Source: a virus (taxonomy: Duplodnaviria > Heunggongvirae > Uroviricota > Caudoviricetes). Taken from it: a stretch of 64,000 nt of DNA. How positions within the stretch are numbered: the stretch's first letter is position 1; every line of letters starts with the position of its first letter. The notes below the pieces were generated by a model. It did not search any database. It had not been told where the DNA came from and was given only the letters and a program-made list of their open reading frames with translations. Below are positions 47,034-56,556 of this stretch, piece by piece. A program made the position numbers and the translations under genes. Location of the stretch: IMG/VR virus record IMGVR_UViG_3300028584_001242, one strand, 5' to 3'.

Positions 47034-47648
47034 TCATACAGGATTTTTTTCGTAAAAAAGAACATCAAAACACTGATTTTTAGCCAGCATACACTCTTCT
47101 TCAGTAATCATTTTACCCAAGTTGTTTTCATTGTAATATTCATGCTTAACATGGTTCATCATATCAGCAATAACAAAAGTGTTACGTCTACCAAAGCGAA
47201 AGCTTTCACTTTGCGTAATTGACTCAGGCGGAAATAATCCTTTTGAATAAGGTTCCATTGAGACATTGTTATTAAAAATAAAACCAATATTTTTAGAATA
47301 TATTTTAAGATAATCAACTTTATTATTAATGTAACTGATTGCAATAAAAGCACCAGAAACCAATTTACCATCAAATGTAAAACAGTAATCTTGACTTCTT
47401 GAACAATTTAAATTTTTGATTACATCATTTTGAATGGTTAATGCTTGATCATAGTTAATGACATGTACTCCATCAGTATTAGTAGATAAGCCTAAATGAT
47501 AAATGAACGCTAAATAATTTACATTTTCCACAACTGTTTTTCGCTTATACTCATAGAAAGCACAAAAAGATAATATAATAATCATAACTAAAAGAGATAT
47601 AACTATTATAAATTCACTTTTGATAACAACGGTTTTATTAGCACTCAT
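47034..47648 (-). CDS. membrane-anchored AT-rich protein, pilin/pseudopilin-like architecture
   Basis: N-terminal TM helix; paired Cys and YLKIYSKN-xFIFN layout similar to 44857..45534. Confidence 0.5.
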   Translation of the reverse strand: MSANKTVVIKSEFIIVISLLVMIIILSFCAFYEYKRKTVVENVNYLAFIYHLGLSTNTDGVHVINYDQALTIQNDVIKNLNCSRSQDYCFTFDGKLVSGAFIAISYINNKVDYLKIYSKNIGFIFNNNVSMEPYSKGLFPPESITQSESFRFGRRNTFVIADMMNHVKHEYYNENNLGKMITEEECMLAKNQCFDVLFYEKNPV

Positions 47649-47778
47649 AAGCCCCTCCAAATATTACGGACGTAATAAAATATAACCAATATCATTGATA
47701 AATCAAATACGAAGTGTATTGAATTTAAGCAATAAAAAAAGAGCCATCAAGGCTCTTTTTAGTTGCTACGTTGATTAA

Positions 47779-48066
47779 TTAAGCAGAAAAGTTCAACAAT
47801 TCACTGAATGGCTTGCCAATTGCATCTTCGACCATGCTGGTAATCTGCTTAGAACCCTCACCATAGACAACCACACCACCAGTAGGAAATAAGTCATGAT
47901 TTCCGGGTGCAAAGACATCCAAACGCATGATGTTATTGTCTTCATAATCGGTGATGTAGGCTCGACCATGACCATCGGTATTAACAGCCACTTCCGTGGC
48001 TTCCAAAACGGCTGCACGAACCTTCATTATCACGACTGGACGTTTAAGATAAGAAGACGTAATCAT
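47779..48066 (-). CDS. hypothetical protein
   Basis: Start MITSSY, downstream of an internal TATAAT promoter. Confidence 0.65.
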   Translation of the reverse strand: MITSSYLKRPVVIMKVRAAVLEATEVAVNTDGHGRAYITDYEDNNIMRLDVFAPGNHDLFPTGGVVVYGEGSKQITSMVEDAIGKPFSELLNFSA

Positions 48067-48130
48067 GGTTGTTGCCTCATCGGTTTGTGTGTAGCCATTA
48101 TACGACAAATCTGTTTTTTGAGCAAGCGTT

Positions 48131-48775
48131 TTAGCCAAGCAAACCTTTGAGTTGACGAAGTTTTTCGGCGGTTTCTGGTGATATTTTAAGTTTTGGCATG
48201 AATCTTTTTTGTTCAGCTATCAGCTTTTGGTGAGTTTCAAATATAAACGGATAGACCCAATGTTCAACCTGAGAGCCATCAAAACCATGTTTTAAGTATT
48301 CTTCTCTGGTTGACAAAAGGGCAGCTTGCAACACCTCTCTAACAGCCGCCAGCCAACTGGCTTCAACATTGTCAGGGACTTTAAAGATGAGCGAGTACTG
48401 GTTAATAAGACGGACATCAGACGATGTAAACCCTTTATCAGTTGGCAAACTAGATTTGACCAAAACATCAAAGTGTTTTTCCATCACCTGATATTTTGCT
48501 AATTCCATTTCTCGATAAACTTGCTGAGGCGTAACATACTTCTCATAAATAGAAGCCATATCAGGCGGAACAGTGCCGAGATGTTCTGTGCTGATTTTGG
48601 CGTTAGGTGTATCAGTTTTTGAGATATTGTGTGAATGAACAGTACCATCAGATGCCCAGCACGACTCTGGATCACGAACAAGAACAAATTTTAACACATC
48701 CATGCGACTCTGAAACAAGTCAGGGTATTTGATAATGTGGTTCTTGACGTTGATTTCAGCCGGGGCTAGTGACAT
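48131..48775 (-). CDS. hypothetical protein
   Basis: 214 aa; GAGG RBS. Confidence 0.8.
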   Translation of the reverse strand: MSLAPAEINVKNHIIKYPDLFQSRMDVLKFVLVRDPESCWASDGTVHSHNISKTDTPNAKISTEHLGTVPPDMASIYEKYVTPQQVYREMELAKYQVMEKHFDVLVKSSLPTDKGFTSSDVRLINQYSLIFKVPDNVEASWLAAVREVLQAALLSTREEYLKHGFDGSQVEHWVYPFIFETHQKLIAEQKRFMPKLKISPETAEKLRQLKGLLG

Positions 48776-48877
48776 GTTGGAAAACCTCTTTAATTGATAA
48801 TGGATTATACCACAATCTAATGTGCAGGTAAAGAAAAAGCCACCCGAAGGTGGCCTTTATTGTATCCGAAACCCGTA

Positions 48878-49231
48878 TTACAGGTTCATGCAAGACAGTT
48901 TGTGACGGCCATAAGCCAAGATTTCAGCCAGAACAACAGGGTCTTTCAGGTCAGCACCATCGAAATCGCCCAAGTAGGCTACAACGTGTGGGTTACGGGA
49001 TGCCCACAAGTCGCCTTCTTGTTTGATGACAGTGGTGCCTTCCAGAGTGCCCCAACCCGCGATGACAGTGCCACGGCAAGCGAATCCAGTATGGCAAACG
49101 CTTTTCGAGCCGTCAGCAAACGTGATTTCTTTTGGCTGGTCGGAGGTGATGACACCCCAAACATTCTTGCTGCATAGAGCCAGAGCGAATTTTTTGACTG
49201 GCAGGTTAGGTAGGTTCTTAGCTTGGGCCAT
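48878..49231 (-). CDS. phage-type hypothetical protein
   Basis: 117 aa ORF. Confidence 0.75.
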   Translation of the reverse strand: MAQAKNLPNLPVKKFALALCSKNVWGVITSDQPKEITFADGSKSVCHTGFACRGTVIAGWGTLEGTTVIKQEGDLWASRNPHVVAYLGDFDGADLKDPVVLAEILAYGRHKLSCMNL

Positions 49232-49273
49232 GATGTATTTCCTTTGTGTCGTTGAGTTGATGGAGCTATTCTA

Positions 49274-49642
49274 TCAAAAAACAGTTTTCATTGCAAGGAA
49301 ATTAAGTGCATAGGCTTTCAATTCTTCTTCAAAAAAGTCCGCTAGGTCACTTTCACGAGTATTGAATACATATCCAGTATTGAAATAGAAGTGACCAGCA
49401 GCCAGTGAATATGTTTTCAGCCAACTGGACGCATCAGTAAACAAGATTTGCATGGCAATGTTAACAAAGAAATGATTTCTATTAACAACAGTATTGCGTG
49501 CTTGAATAAGTTTTTGTTTAGCAAGTGTTATCTCATCTTTACTGTAAATATCACCATATTCAGCCACAACATTGTGATTAGAATTGTCAGTTTCAACCGA
49601 CAGTGGACGTGGTTTATTTTTTTTACTAACGATAATGTTCAT
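49274..49642 (-). CDS. degenerate DUF2201-N (VWA-associated metallopeptidase-like) fragment
   Basis: KLIQAR...HFF--IAM...T-S---GHFYFN-GYV; HExxH replaced by EEELK. Confidence 0.35.
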   Translation of the reverse strand: MNIIVSKKNKPRPLSVETDNSNHNVVAEYGDIYSKDEITLAKQKLIQARNTVVNRNHFFVNIAMQILFTDASSWLKTYSLAAGHFYFNTGYVFNTRESDLADFFEEELKAYALNFLAMKTVF

Positions 49643-49655
49643 AAGTTATCCTAGA

Positions 49656-49859
49656 TTATTTTTTGTCAGACAACGGATTGACCATATCCCAGAATACAAA
49701 CTTTTGCTGGGTCATGACACAGTAAGGCGTGGATTCTTGTTTCAAACAGGTGTCCATTCGATCTTGTGAAGCCATCAATAATCCGACAACGACTACCAAG
49801 AAAATCAAACCAATCAGTCCGTAACCAATAAAACTAAAAATTTTCTTCAACATTAACAT
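49656..49859 (-). CDS. small membrane protein (tandem paralog of 49876..50067)
   Basis: TM helix then C-x6-YC-xTQ-xF-xWD. Confidence 0.7.
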   Translation of the reverse strand: MLMLKKIFSFIGYGLIGLIFLVVVVGLLMASQDRMDTCLKQESTPYCVMTQQKFVFWDMVNPLSDKK

Positions 49860-49875
49860 GAAAGATCTCCAATAA

Positions 49876-50067
49876 TTAATTATTCTTTTTGAAAGGATAT
49901 AAAGTGTCCCAAAGCAAAAATTCTTTTTGAGTAAAACTGCAATACATGAAAGAATTAACAGCCATACACTCAGAAAAGCGGTTTGATTTCACAACTATTG
50001 TAAAAATAACGAACAACACAACAGCAGTTAACAACAGAAAGGTGCCAACGGTTTTCAGCTTGTCCAT
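49876..50067 (-). CDS. small membrane protein (tandem paralog of 49656..49859)
   Basis: See neighbour. Confidence 0.7.
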   Translation of the reverse strand: MDKLKTVGTFLLLTAVVLFVIFTIVVKSNRFSECMAVNSFMYCSFTQKEFLLWDTLYPFKKNN

Positions 50068-50185
50068 AAATCACCTCTGACATAATTGTGTGTATTCTAT
50101 CATAATTAAAAAAAAATGTAAGATTTATAGTCAAAAAAAGATTGAAAAACAAAAAATAAATGTAATGATATGAGCACAGAAAGGA

Positions 50186-50911
50186 ATGGAGATGAAAAAT
50201 TACTTTAAAACATTAAAAGAAAGTATATATAGCAATAAAATAATAGTAGCATCATTTTATCTGATGTTATCTATTGTCGCTATTTACAAATTTAATACAC
50301 CAATAGAAAAAGTATTGGCAACTTATATTACATTAGACATCATAGCCATGTTTGTGATGGTAGGCATACTAAGTTATTATAAAACAAACTATTCGAAGCG
50401 GAACTATAACAAAAGAACCATATTCCTATCAGAAGGGTTTAAATATCTAATAATACTCGGTTTGATCTACTCAATAATGTATTATGCATCAAACCATGAG
50501 ACTCAGAGTATAGTTGGGCATATTTTTAATATTACGGTTATCCTTATTTTTGGATTAGGTTTTGTTTTTAAACTTAACAGTTACAGAAAAATATATAGGC
50601 CAATTATTAAGAAGTCATATATAAATGATAATGAATTTAAAGCATTGTATCTATTCGACAGTTGTAATGATTTATATTTCGAATACAGCTATACATATAA
50701 TAATGAATACGGTTCTACATCTAATAATGAATTTGAACTCACATCACTTGAAAAAAATGGTATTAGAGTTGAAAAAGAGCATATATATATGGACGGTGTT
50801 AAATACAGCAAGTACCAATATCTTAACTACCTTAAAGAAAGCGAAATAAAAACATTAGAAGATTTGACGGAAGAAGATAAGTTACTGATTGCCATGATAA
50901 ACATACAATGA
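50186..50911 (+). CDS. multi-TM membrane protein
   Basis: Four hydrophobic helices, soluble C-terminus. Confidence 0.75.
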   Translation: MEMKNYFKTLKESIYSNKIIVASFYLMLSIVAIYKFNTPIEKVLATYITLDIIAMFVMVGILSYYKTNYSKRNYNKRTIFLSEGFKYLIILGLIYSIMYYASNHETQSIVGHIFNITVILIFGLGFVFKLNSYRKIYRPIIKKSYINDNEFKALYLFDSCNDLYFEYSYTYNNEYGSTSNNEFELTSLEKNGIRVEKEHIYMDGVKYSKYQYLNYLKESEIKTLEDLTEEDKLLIAMINIQ

Positions 50912-50951
50912 AAAAGGAACCTGATGGTTCCTTTCTTGTTTTAAATATTGC

Positions 50952-51155
50952 TCAGCTTTTAGTGACAAATTTAATGATGCCAATAATGAGTGGAAGTGCC
51001 AAAAAAATACCGGCTGACCAGACAGCAAATTTTAACCAGAACATGGATTTTTTGTCATAGTTTTCAGCTTTTTTACGACCATCATCAATGATGTCATTGA
51101 TGCAATAAGAGGCATTACCATAGGTGCTACATTTTGGACAACTACACGCGATCAT
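50952..51155 (-). CDS. small membrane protein with CxCxxC
   Basis: CSCPKC N-terminus and C-terminal TM helix. Confidence 0.6.
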   Translation of the reverse strand: MIACSCPKCSTYGNASYCINDIIDDGRKKAENYDKKSMFWLKFAVWSAGIFLALPLIIGIIKFVTKS

Positions 51156-51253
51156 TTACATATCTCTCTGATTAAGTACAACAATTATAAACAATATTGA
51201 ATGGTCATGCAACAAAAAACCACCGAAGCGGTTCAATTATTTTTGTTACTGTA

Positions 51254-51445
51254 TTACTTTTTATCAACAGCATAAAGATTGAGTTCAGTTGATCCAGTAA
51301 TATCATCAACACAGTCATAAGAGAGGATACACTGATGTTCAATGAATCTGGTTTTCAAGGACTGAAGGTAAGCAATTGCTTCATCAATGGACATTTGATC
51401 CATTGCGTAACCAAGCGAAGGTTCTTCTGGCATTAACTGGTTCAT
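51254..51445 (-). CDS. small hypothetical protein
   Basis: AAGGA RBS. Confidence 0.6.
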   Translation of the reverse strand: MNQLMPEEPSLGYAMDQMSIDEAIAYLQSLKTRFIEHQCILSYDCVDDITGSTELNLYAVDKK

Positions 51446-51456
51446 GGAATAATTCC

Positions 51457-51558
51457 TTATTTCGACTTAACGATAACAGACACATCAGAAGGTTTTTCAG
51501 CAACCTGTTTGGTGTCATCGTTGTTGTCTTTTTTGCAGACTTTGCATTTATCACACAT
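51457..51558 (-). CDS. 33-aa Cys peptide
   Basis: MCDKCKVCKKDNNDDTKQVAEKPSDVSVIVKSK; GGAG RBS. Confidence 0.45.
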   Translation of the reverse strand: MCDKCKVCKKDNNDDTKQVAEKPSDVSVIVKSK

Positions 51559-51848
51559 GATGAAGGCTCCAACCTCATTAAAGTAACCAAATTATAGCAA
51601 GAAAACCTCAAAAATGAAAGCTTTTATTGTAACTTAATAAAAATAAATAAATATTTTAGTAAGTTGATTTTTAAATTAATTGTGTTTTTTTTATATATTA
51701 AATAAACAAATTTATTAAAAACAATACAAAACTATAATCGTTATTATTAATATAAAATATTATATAAATATCATATTATCAACAACAACTCAATTTGATT
51801 TTATATAAAATATGGTAAATTTAATAGTAATACAATAATAATATTAAT

Positions 51849-52478
51849 ATGAAAAAAACAATACTAATGTTAACAGGTTCTCTATTAGCCAGCACTGTAT
51901 TAACAGCAAATGCTTCATATACCGCTATATATGGTGAGAAACAAATCAATGGCGATAACATTACGTTTGTAAAAAAAGGTAAATGGATAAAAGCATCCCC
52001 AGCAATATCAGAATGGGTGAATGTTGGTTCTGCTACGGGTTGTTCAAACTGGACACCAGATCCAAGCACAGTAGCTATTGGCACTACATTTAATCAAACC
52101 GCGAATAACTGCACACAAGAACAAACAAGAACAGTTCAAAACAGAGAACAAAATGATTATACCCTTATATACAGGAACATTGGTGAATCTATAAATGAAA
52201 ATAAAACACTAACTAATCAGACCAATACAAGAACAGCAAATGGTACTAAGATAGTAAATGAATGTGGTACAGGTGATATAAACCAATATCGTTGGGTTAA
52301 TGGAACACCATCAATGAGCATGATGTATATTATATGGAATGGTGCAAAAGTTTTCCCTGATATTGGAAATATTAATTTAACAGAATATACATATAATGGA
52401 TATAAATATACCAAAGGTGGTCAGGTATCTAACTTAGGTTACTATACATTCCACACTGTATGTAGAGTAAAATTATAA
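51849..52478 (+). CDS. secreted adhesin-like protein (tandem paralog of 52511..53122)
   Basis: Signal peptide; WVNVGS-TGCS-WTPDPS...C-Q-QTRTVQ module; C-terminal YKYTKG...VCR domain. Confidence 0.8.
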   Translation: MKKTILMLTGSLLASTVLTANASYTAIYGEKQINGDNITFVKKGKWIKASPAISEWVNVGSATGCSNWTPDPSTVAIGTTFNQTANNCTQEQTRTVQNREQNDYTLIYRNIGESINENKTLTNQTNTRTANGTKIVNECGTGDINQYRWVNGTPSMSMMYIIWNGAKVFPDIGNINLTEYTYNGYKYTKGGQVSNLGYYTFHTVCRVKL

Positions 52479-52510
52479 GTATTTAAAATAATAAAAATGA
52501 GTAAAAATAT

Positions 52511-53122
52511 ATGAAAAAAATAAGTTTAATAATATTGCCATTTGCTTTACTAGGTTTAATGGCTAATGCAAACGCAAGTTACCAAGTTATATACGGTGAT
52601 AAGCAAATAAATGGTGATAATATAAAGTTTGTAAGTAAATGGTTAGTTGCTGATCCATTGGTAAGTGAATGGGTTAATGTAGGATCTCCAACAGGTTGTT
52701 CTGCATGGACGCCAGATCCAAGTACAAAAAATATTGGAGTGACATTTGATCAATCAGCTACTGGGTGTACACAGGTGCAAACCAGAACAGTGCAGGAAAG
52801 AGAACAAAACAATGTCAGCCATGAATACAGACCTATTGGCCCAGTAAAAAATGAAAATAGAACATTGAGCAATCAAACACTAACTAGATCAGCAGTTGGT
52901 ACTAAATCACCAGAAGAATGTGATATTCCAAACTCAACTTGGGTTGCAGGTTCACCATCTTATGCATTGTTAAATATAACATCAAATGGCGTATTAGTTT
53001 ATAGTGGTGGTGATTTCGCATCTACTCAAAAAGTAGTTGGAGCTTACAAATACACCAAAGGTGTTTTAACCGCAAACTATGGCTCATATACAATAAGTAA
53101 AGTTTGTCGAACAGCATTGTAA
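52511..53122 (+). CDS. secreted adhesin-like protein (tandem paralog of 51849..52478)
   Basis: See neighbour. Confidence 0.8.
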   Translation: MKKISLIILPFALLGLMANANASYQVIYGDKQINGDNIKFVSKWLVADPLVSEWVNVGSPTGCSAWTPDPSTKNIGVTFDQSATGCTQVQTRTVQEREQNNVSHEYRPIGPVKNENRTLSNQTLTRSAVGTKSPEECDIPNSTWVAGSPSYALLNITSNGVLVYSGGDFASTQKVVGAYKYTKGVLTANYGSYTISKVCRTAL

Positions 53123-53176
53123 TATTAAAAATAAGAAACAAAAAAGCCCTATCGCTAGGGCTTTTTCTTTGGTAGA

Positions 53177-53308
53177 TTACTCTGCGTCTTGGTGACGGTT
53201 CCGGCGTTTGTCACGGAAGTTACGATCTTTGCGATTTTCTTTGGACTTCGAAGTATCTTGTTGCTTGCCGCGAAAACGTTCTGTAGCTTCACCGAAAGAA
53301 CCTTGCAT
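53177..53308 (-). CDS. small basic peptide, MQGS family copy B (43 aa)
   Basis: MQGSFGEATERFRGKQQDTSKSKENRKDRNFRDKRRNRHQDAE; GGAGA RBS; TTTACA-17-TATACT promoter at 53356-53384; absent from the ORF track. Confidence 0.85.
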   Translation of the reverse strand: MQGSFGEATERFRGKQQDTSKSKENRKDRNFRDKRRNRHQDAE

Positions 53309-53418
53309 GGTGTATCTCCAACTGTTTGATTGTGATGTTTCGTTTTGATGGGATAAGTATATCTAAATCGAACCATCATGTAAAGCAGCTTTTTATCATT
53401 TAATAGTTTATTTATAAT

Positions 53419-53444
53419 AAAAAAGAGGCCGAAGCCTCTTTTTT
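53419..53444 (-). terminator. cUUCGg terminator
   Basis: AGAGGC-CGAA-GCCTCT flanked by A- and T-tracts. Confidence 0.85.
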
Positions 53445-53461
53445 GTAAGGTCAAACTATTG

Positions 53462-53887
53462 TTACTTGAATGATTTTGCTTCTTCGATAAAATCACGATA
53501 GAATTTAGCCCAATCATCAATGTCTACTTCAAGGCGTGCAAGCACTTCATTGGATACGCCCATCAGTTGAAGATTTTCAAATTCTTTTTTCAGCAAATCT
53601 TTTTGAAGGTGGTAGGCTTTTGTAAAAGCATTAAGTTCATCATCGGTGACAACAACATCAACGCCAGTGCGGCCTTCGAGGTTACGGCCATATTTACGGA
53701 AGATTGACTTCAGGCTTTGCTCAAAACCATCATTTAGTGCTGAAAGATTATGAAAATCGACCATACTTTTTTTATCTCGTTTTGGGTTCATGACATAGCA
53801 AACCAAAGAGATATGCATAGACTTACAATGATCTCGAACAACCAGTTCAAGAAATTGCATTTTTTTGTGAAAATCAAAACCTTTCAT
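53462..53887 (-). CDS. hypothetical protein
   Basis: 141 aa; GAGGA RBS. Confidence 0.75.
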   Translation of the reverse strand: MKGFDFHKKMQFLELVVRDHCKSMHISLVCYVMNPKRDKKSMVDFHNLSALNDGFEQSLKSIFRKYGRNLEGRTGVDVVVTDDELNAFTKAYHLQKDLLKKEFENLQLMGVSNEVLARLEVDIDDWAKFYRDFIEEAKSFK

Positions 53888-53999
53888 TTTTAAATCCTCG
53901 GAATGTTTGATGAGTTGATTATATCATCAAAAATGACATTTCACAACTATTTTAAGCCAAACGATGATTCTTATAGACAAAAAAGGGCTGAAGCCTTAA

Positions 54000-54278
54000 T
54001 CAATTATCTTTAAAGTAACATTGTGAAACAGGAACCCGCCTACTAATGCCAGTATCGGTTTCTTGAATTCTTGCAGAAATGTCAGTATCAGTAATGTCAG
54101 CGACCAAAATAACATTATCATGTTGATAAGGTATTGAAGTTCCTGAATAACAAACAACAGATATAGTCTTTTTGCCTGAAATATTGCTTTGTGTGTTAGT
54201 GTTACTTTTTTCTTCTGCATTACAACCTGCCGACACAGAAAGAGCGAGTGCAAGTGCGATAATAAATGTCTTTTTCAT
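54000..54278 (-). CDS. putative lipoprotein (paralog of 4073..4345)
   Basis: SAGC lipobox; see paralog. Confidence 0.75.
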   Translation of the reverse strand: MKKTFIIALALALSVSAGCNAEEKSNTNTQSNISGKKTISVVCYSGTSIPYQHDNVILVADITDTDISARIQETDTGISRRVPVSQCYFKDN

Positions 54279-54375
54279 AAAGGCTCCAATTAATATAAGT
54301 TACTAAGTATATCAGAAAAGATTTTATGATACAAACAAAAAGAGGCCGAAGCCTCTTTATTTTGCAGTGTCTTGA

Positions 54376-54894
54376 TTACGCAACCACTACGGCTGAGGTT
54401 GGAAGTCCACGTAGGTCAATCGGGTCAATGTCAGACAATTTAATGTCAACAATGTGAACACTTGGATACATGTCTCGAATCATGTCAGAAAAGCTACGTG
54501 GCATAACTTCTGCTTCGAGTTCAGTCACCGATTCAGCCAGACGGCGAGCTTTGGTGCGAAGCTCAATCAGTTCGTTGATGAGTTTCAGTTCATGGGCCGA
54601 CGATGGCTTGGCTGGGCGGTTCAGTTCCAAGTTGCTTTCGTGACGCAGGATGTCGAGGTCTTTCTGAGCCGGGAACAGTTCAGCATGGACAGCAATACCA
54701 GCTTGAGTCAACGAAACAACGTCGCCTTCGCGGGAAACCAGACCTTTGCCTTTCAGATTCAGGAGAACCGCATTCACCTGAGAGAGCTTTACAGCTTCTG
54801 GGCCGGTAGGGATGGTTTGAACATTTACCGACGAAGTGCCGAGAGCAACGATGTTCACGATTACTGCGGTTTCGAGAGCGGTAACTTTGGTCAT
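54376..54894 (-). CDS. hypothetical protein with winged-helix-like N-terminus and coiled coil
   Basis: VNAVLLNLKGKGLVSREGDVVSLTQAG resembles a winged helix. Confidence 0.6.
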   Translation of the reverse strand: MTKVTALETAVIVNIVALGTSSVNVQTIPTGPEAVKLSQVNAVLLNLKGKGLVSREGDVVSLTQAGIAVHAELFPAQKDLDILRHESNLELNRPAKPSSAHELKLINELIELRTKARRLAESVTELEAEVMPRSFSDMIRDMYPSVHIVDIKLSDIDPIDLRGLPTSAVVVA

Positions 54895-54994
54895 GGTGTA
54901 TCTCCGATGTTTGATTAGGTATCTCGTTTTGATGTGTCTATAATATCAAAAACCACATTTATTGGCAAGCATTCTTTCATCAAAAAACATATTT

Positions 54995-55201
54995 TTAGCC
55001 AATAAATTTTTTAATAGCCTTTTCGTATTCTTTACTTGATTTATATACATCATAAGCGAAAAAAATTAACACCAAAGAGACGATACCCCAAAAAACCATC
55101 TGGTCTGAAAATTCACTTCGGACAGGTTCTTGGATGAAATTAAAGGCACAAACCCCTATCATCAGCAAACACAACAAAACTTGAACAATAAGACTTTTCA
55201 T
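54995..55201 (-). CDS. small two-TM membrane protein
   Basis: ATGA overlap with the upstream gene. Confidence 0.65.
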   Translation of the reverse strand: MKSLIVQVLLCLLMIGVCAFNFIQEPVRSEFSDQMVFWGIVSLVLIFFAYDVYKSSKEYEKAIKKFIG

Positions 55202-55464
55202 GGTTCCCACCGATTAACCAAATCATCAGCAACAGGTTCTTTATTTTGTGGTGTCCAGCAAATGAAAATCATTGCTGAAATAATTGCAATCGTCATCGAA
55301 AACAACATCAAGATCATGCTGACATGGAACCAGTAAGGCAGGTAGTCAGGTGAAATGTGGTAGGCCATATGAGCAGTGTAGCGGTTGCTTTGGTACAAAC
55401 AGATCGTCAACAAAATAAAAATAATAACGAATAAACCAGAGTTGAATCTAGTAATATGTTTCAT
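55198..55464 (-). CDS. small two-TM membrane protein
   Basis: Hydrophobic helices. Confidence 0.65.
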   Translation of the reverse strand: MKHITRFNSGLFVIIFILLTICLYQSNRYTAHMAYHISPDYLPYWFHVSMILMLFSMTIAIISAMIFICWTPQNKEPVADDLVNRWEP

Positions 55465-55508
55465 TGATATCCCCTTTTAATTGATTAGAATTATGTCAAA
55501 AAACACAT

Positions 55509-55931
55509 TTATTGACAAGCTTTATTTTCATCGGATTTAATAAAATAACGAATATACAAAGCCATGCAAACTGAAAACCAAATGAGAAAGGTTATCATAA
55601 ACAAGGACGCACCAACACCGCCAACGAAAGGCATGATATTGCCGACTTCACTCGCAGATGCCTTGATATATATGACCATAGGCTGGCTATGCCCCATCAG
55701 GAAAGATTCAAGATCCAAGGAATCAACAGGTCGCTTAAATTGATGACCTTCATAATTGAAGTCACCTACATATGACTGATCGTTACGGATTTCTACTGCC
55801 GTCAACTCAACTGCAATCACCATTTTGTCAGTGACTCTGGAAATTTGCAAAATAGCAAAGCTTGCAAGTACCCAAATTAAGCACATAATAAGGCATACGC
55901 CCAATACTTTGTTTTTGTTTAAATTTTTCAT
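55509..55931 (-). CDS. two-TM membrane protein (distant paralog of 5762..6232)
   Basis: Same topology and similar loop. Confidence 0.65.
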   Translation of the reverse strand: MKNLNKNKVLGVCLIMCLIWVLASFAILQISRVTDKMVIAVELTAVEIRNDQSYVGDFNYEGHQFKRPVDSLDLESFLMGHSQPMVIYIKASASEVGNIMPFVGGVGASLFMITFLIWFSVCMALYIRYFIKSDENKACQ

Positions 55932-56104
55932 GACATATCTCTTAATTTAAATGAATAAACGTTCTAAAGTGATGAGCCATTGTATCAAAAGTAATATTTT
56001 TAAGCAACCTGTTTTAACTGAAATTTCAATTTACAAAAAAATTGTAAAATGGCTTGAAAAAATATCAATATTTGATATATTATGTGGAACAATGGAGAAA
56101 TGCT

Positions 56105-56515
56105 ATGAGTTATGTAAGTGACAACTTGATGGATGGTGAAGTAATTGAATATGAAGCAAGTTTAAGTAACTGGGGTTTCTTCTGGCAAATTTTTTTTGGT
56201 GTTCTACTTATTCCTGTTCTTGTGGGAATTGTGATTTTAGTGATTGTCTACATTCAGAAAAAGTGTACGGAATTGGCTGTAACCAACAAACGATTGATTG
56301 CTAAAAAAGGATTCATTCAGAGAGATACCGTTGAAATAAACTTGAAAAAAGTTGAAAGTATACAGGTTAATCAAGGTTTAATGGGTAGAATGTTTAACTT
56401 TGGTACAATTATTGTTTCAGGGACTGGTCATGGTAATGCACCGATTAAGTACATTGCAGATCCCCTTGAATTTAGAAGACGCCTTTCAATGGCCCAAGAC
56501 AAGATGGACGAATAA
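56105..56515 (+). CDS. bacterial PH-domain (bPH_2) membrane protein
   Basis: MSYV..NL..GE; TELAVTNKRLIAKKGFI; KVESIQVNQG--GRMFNFGTI-VSGTG. Confidence 0.85.
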   Translation: MSYVSDNLMDGEVIEYEASLSNWGFFWQIFFGVLLIPVLVGIVILVIVYIQKKCTELAVTNKRLIAKKGFIQRDTVEINLKKVESIQVNQGLMGRMFNFGTIIVSGTGHGNAPIKYIADPLEFRRRLSMAQDKMDE

Positions 56516-56556
56516 ACACAAGAAGACTGTTCAAACAGTCTTTTTTTTCGGCTGTG

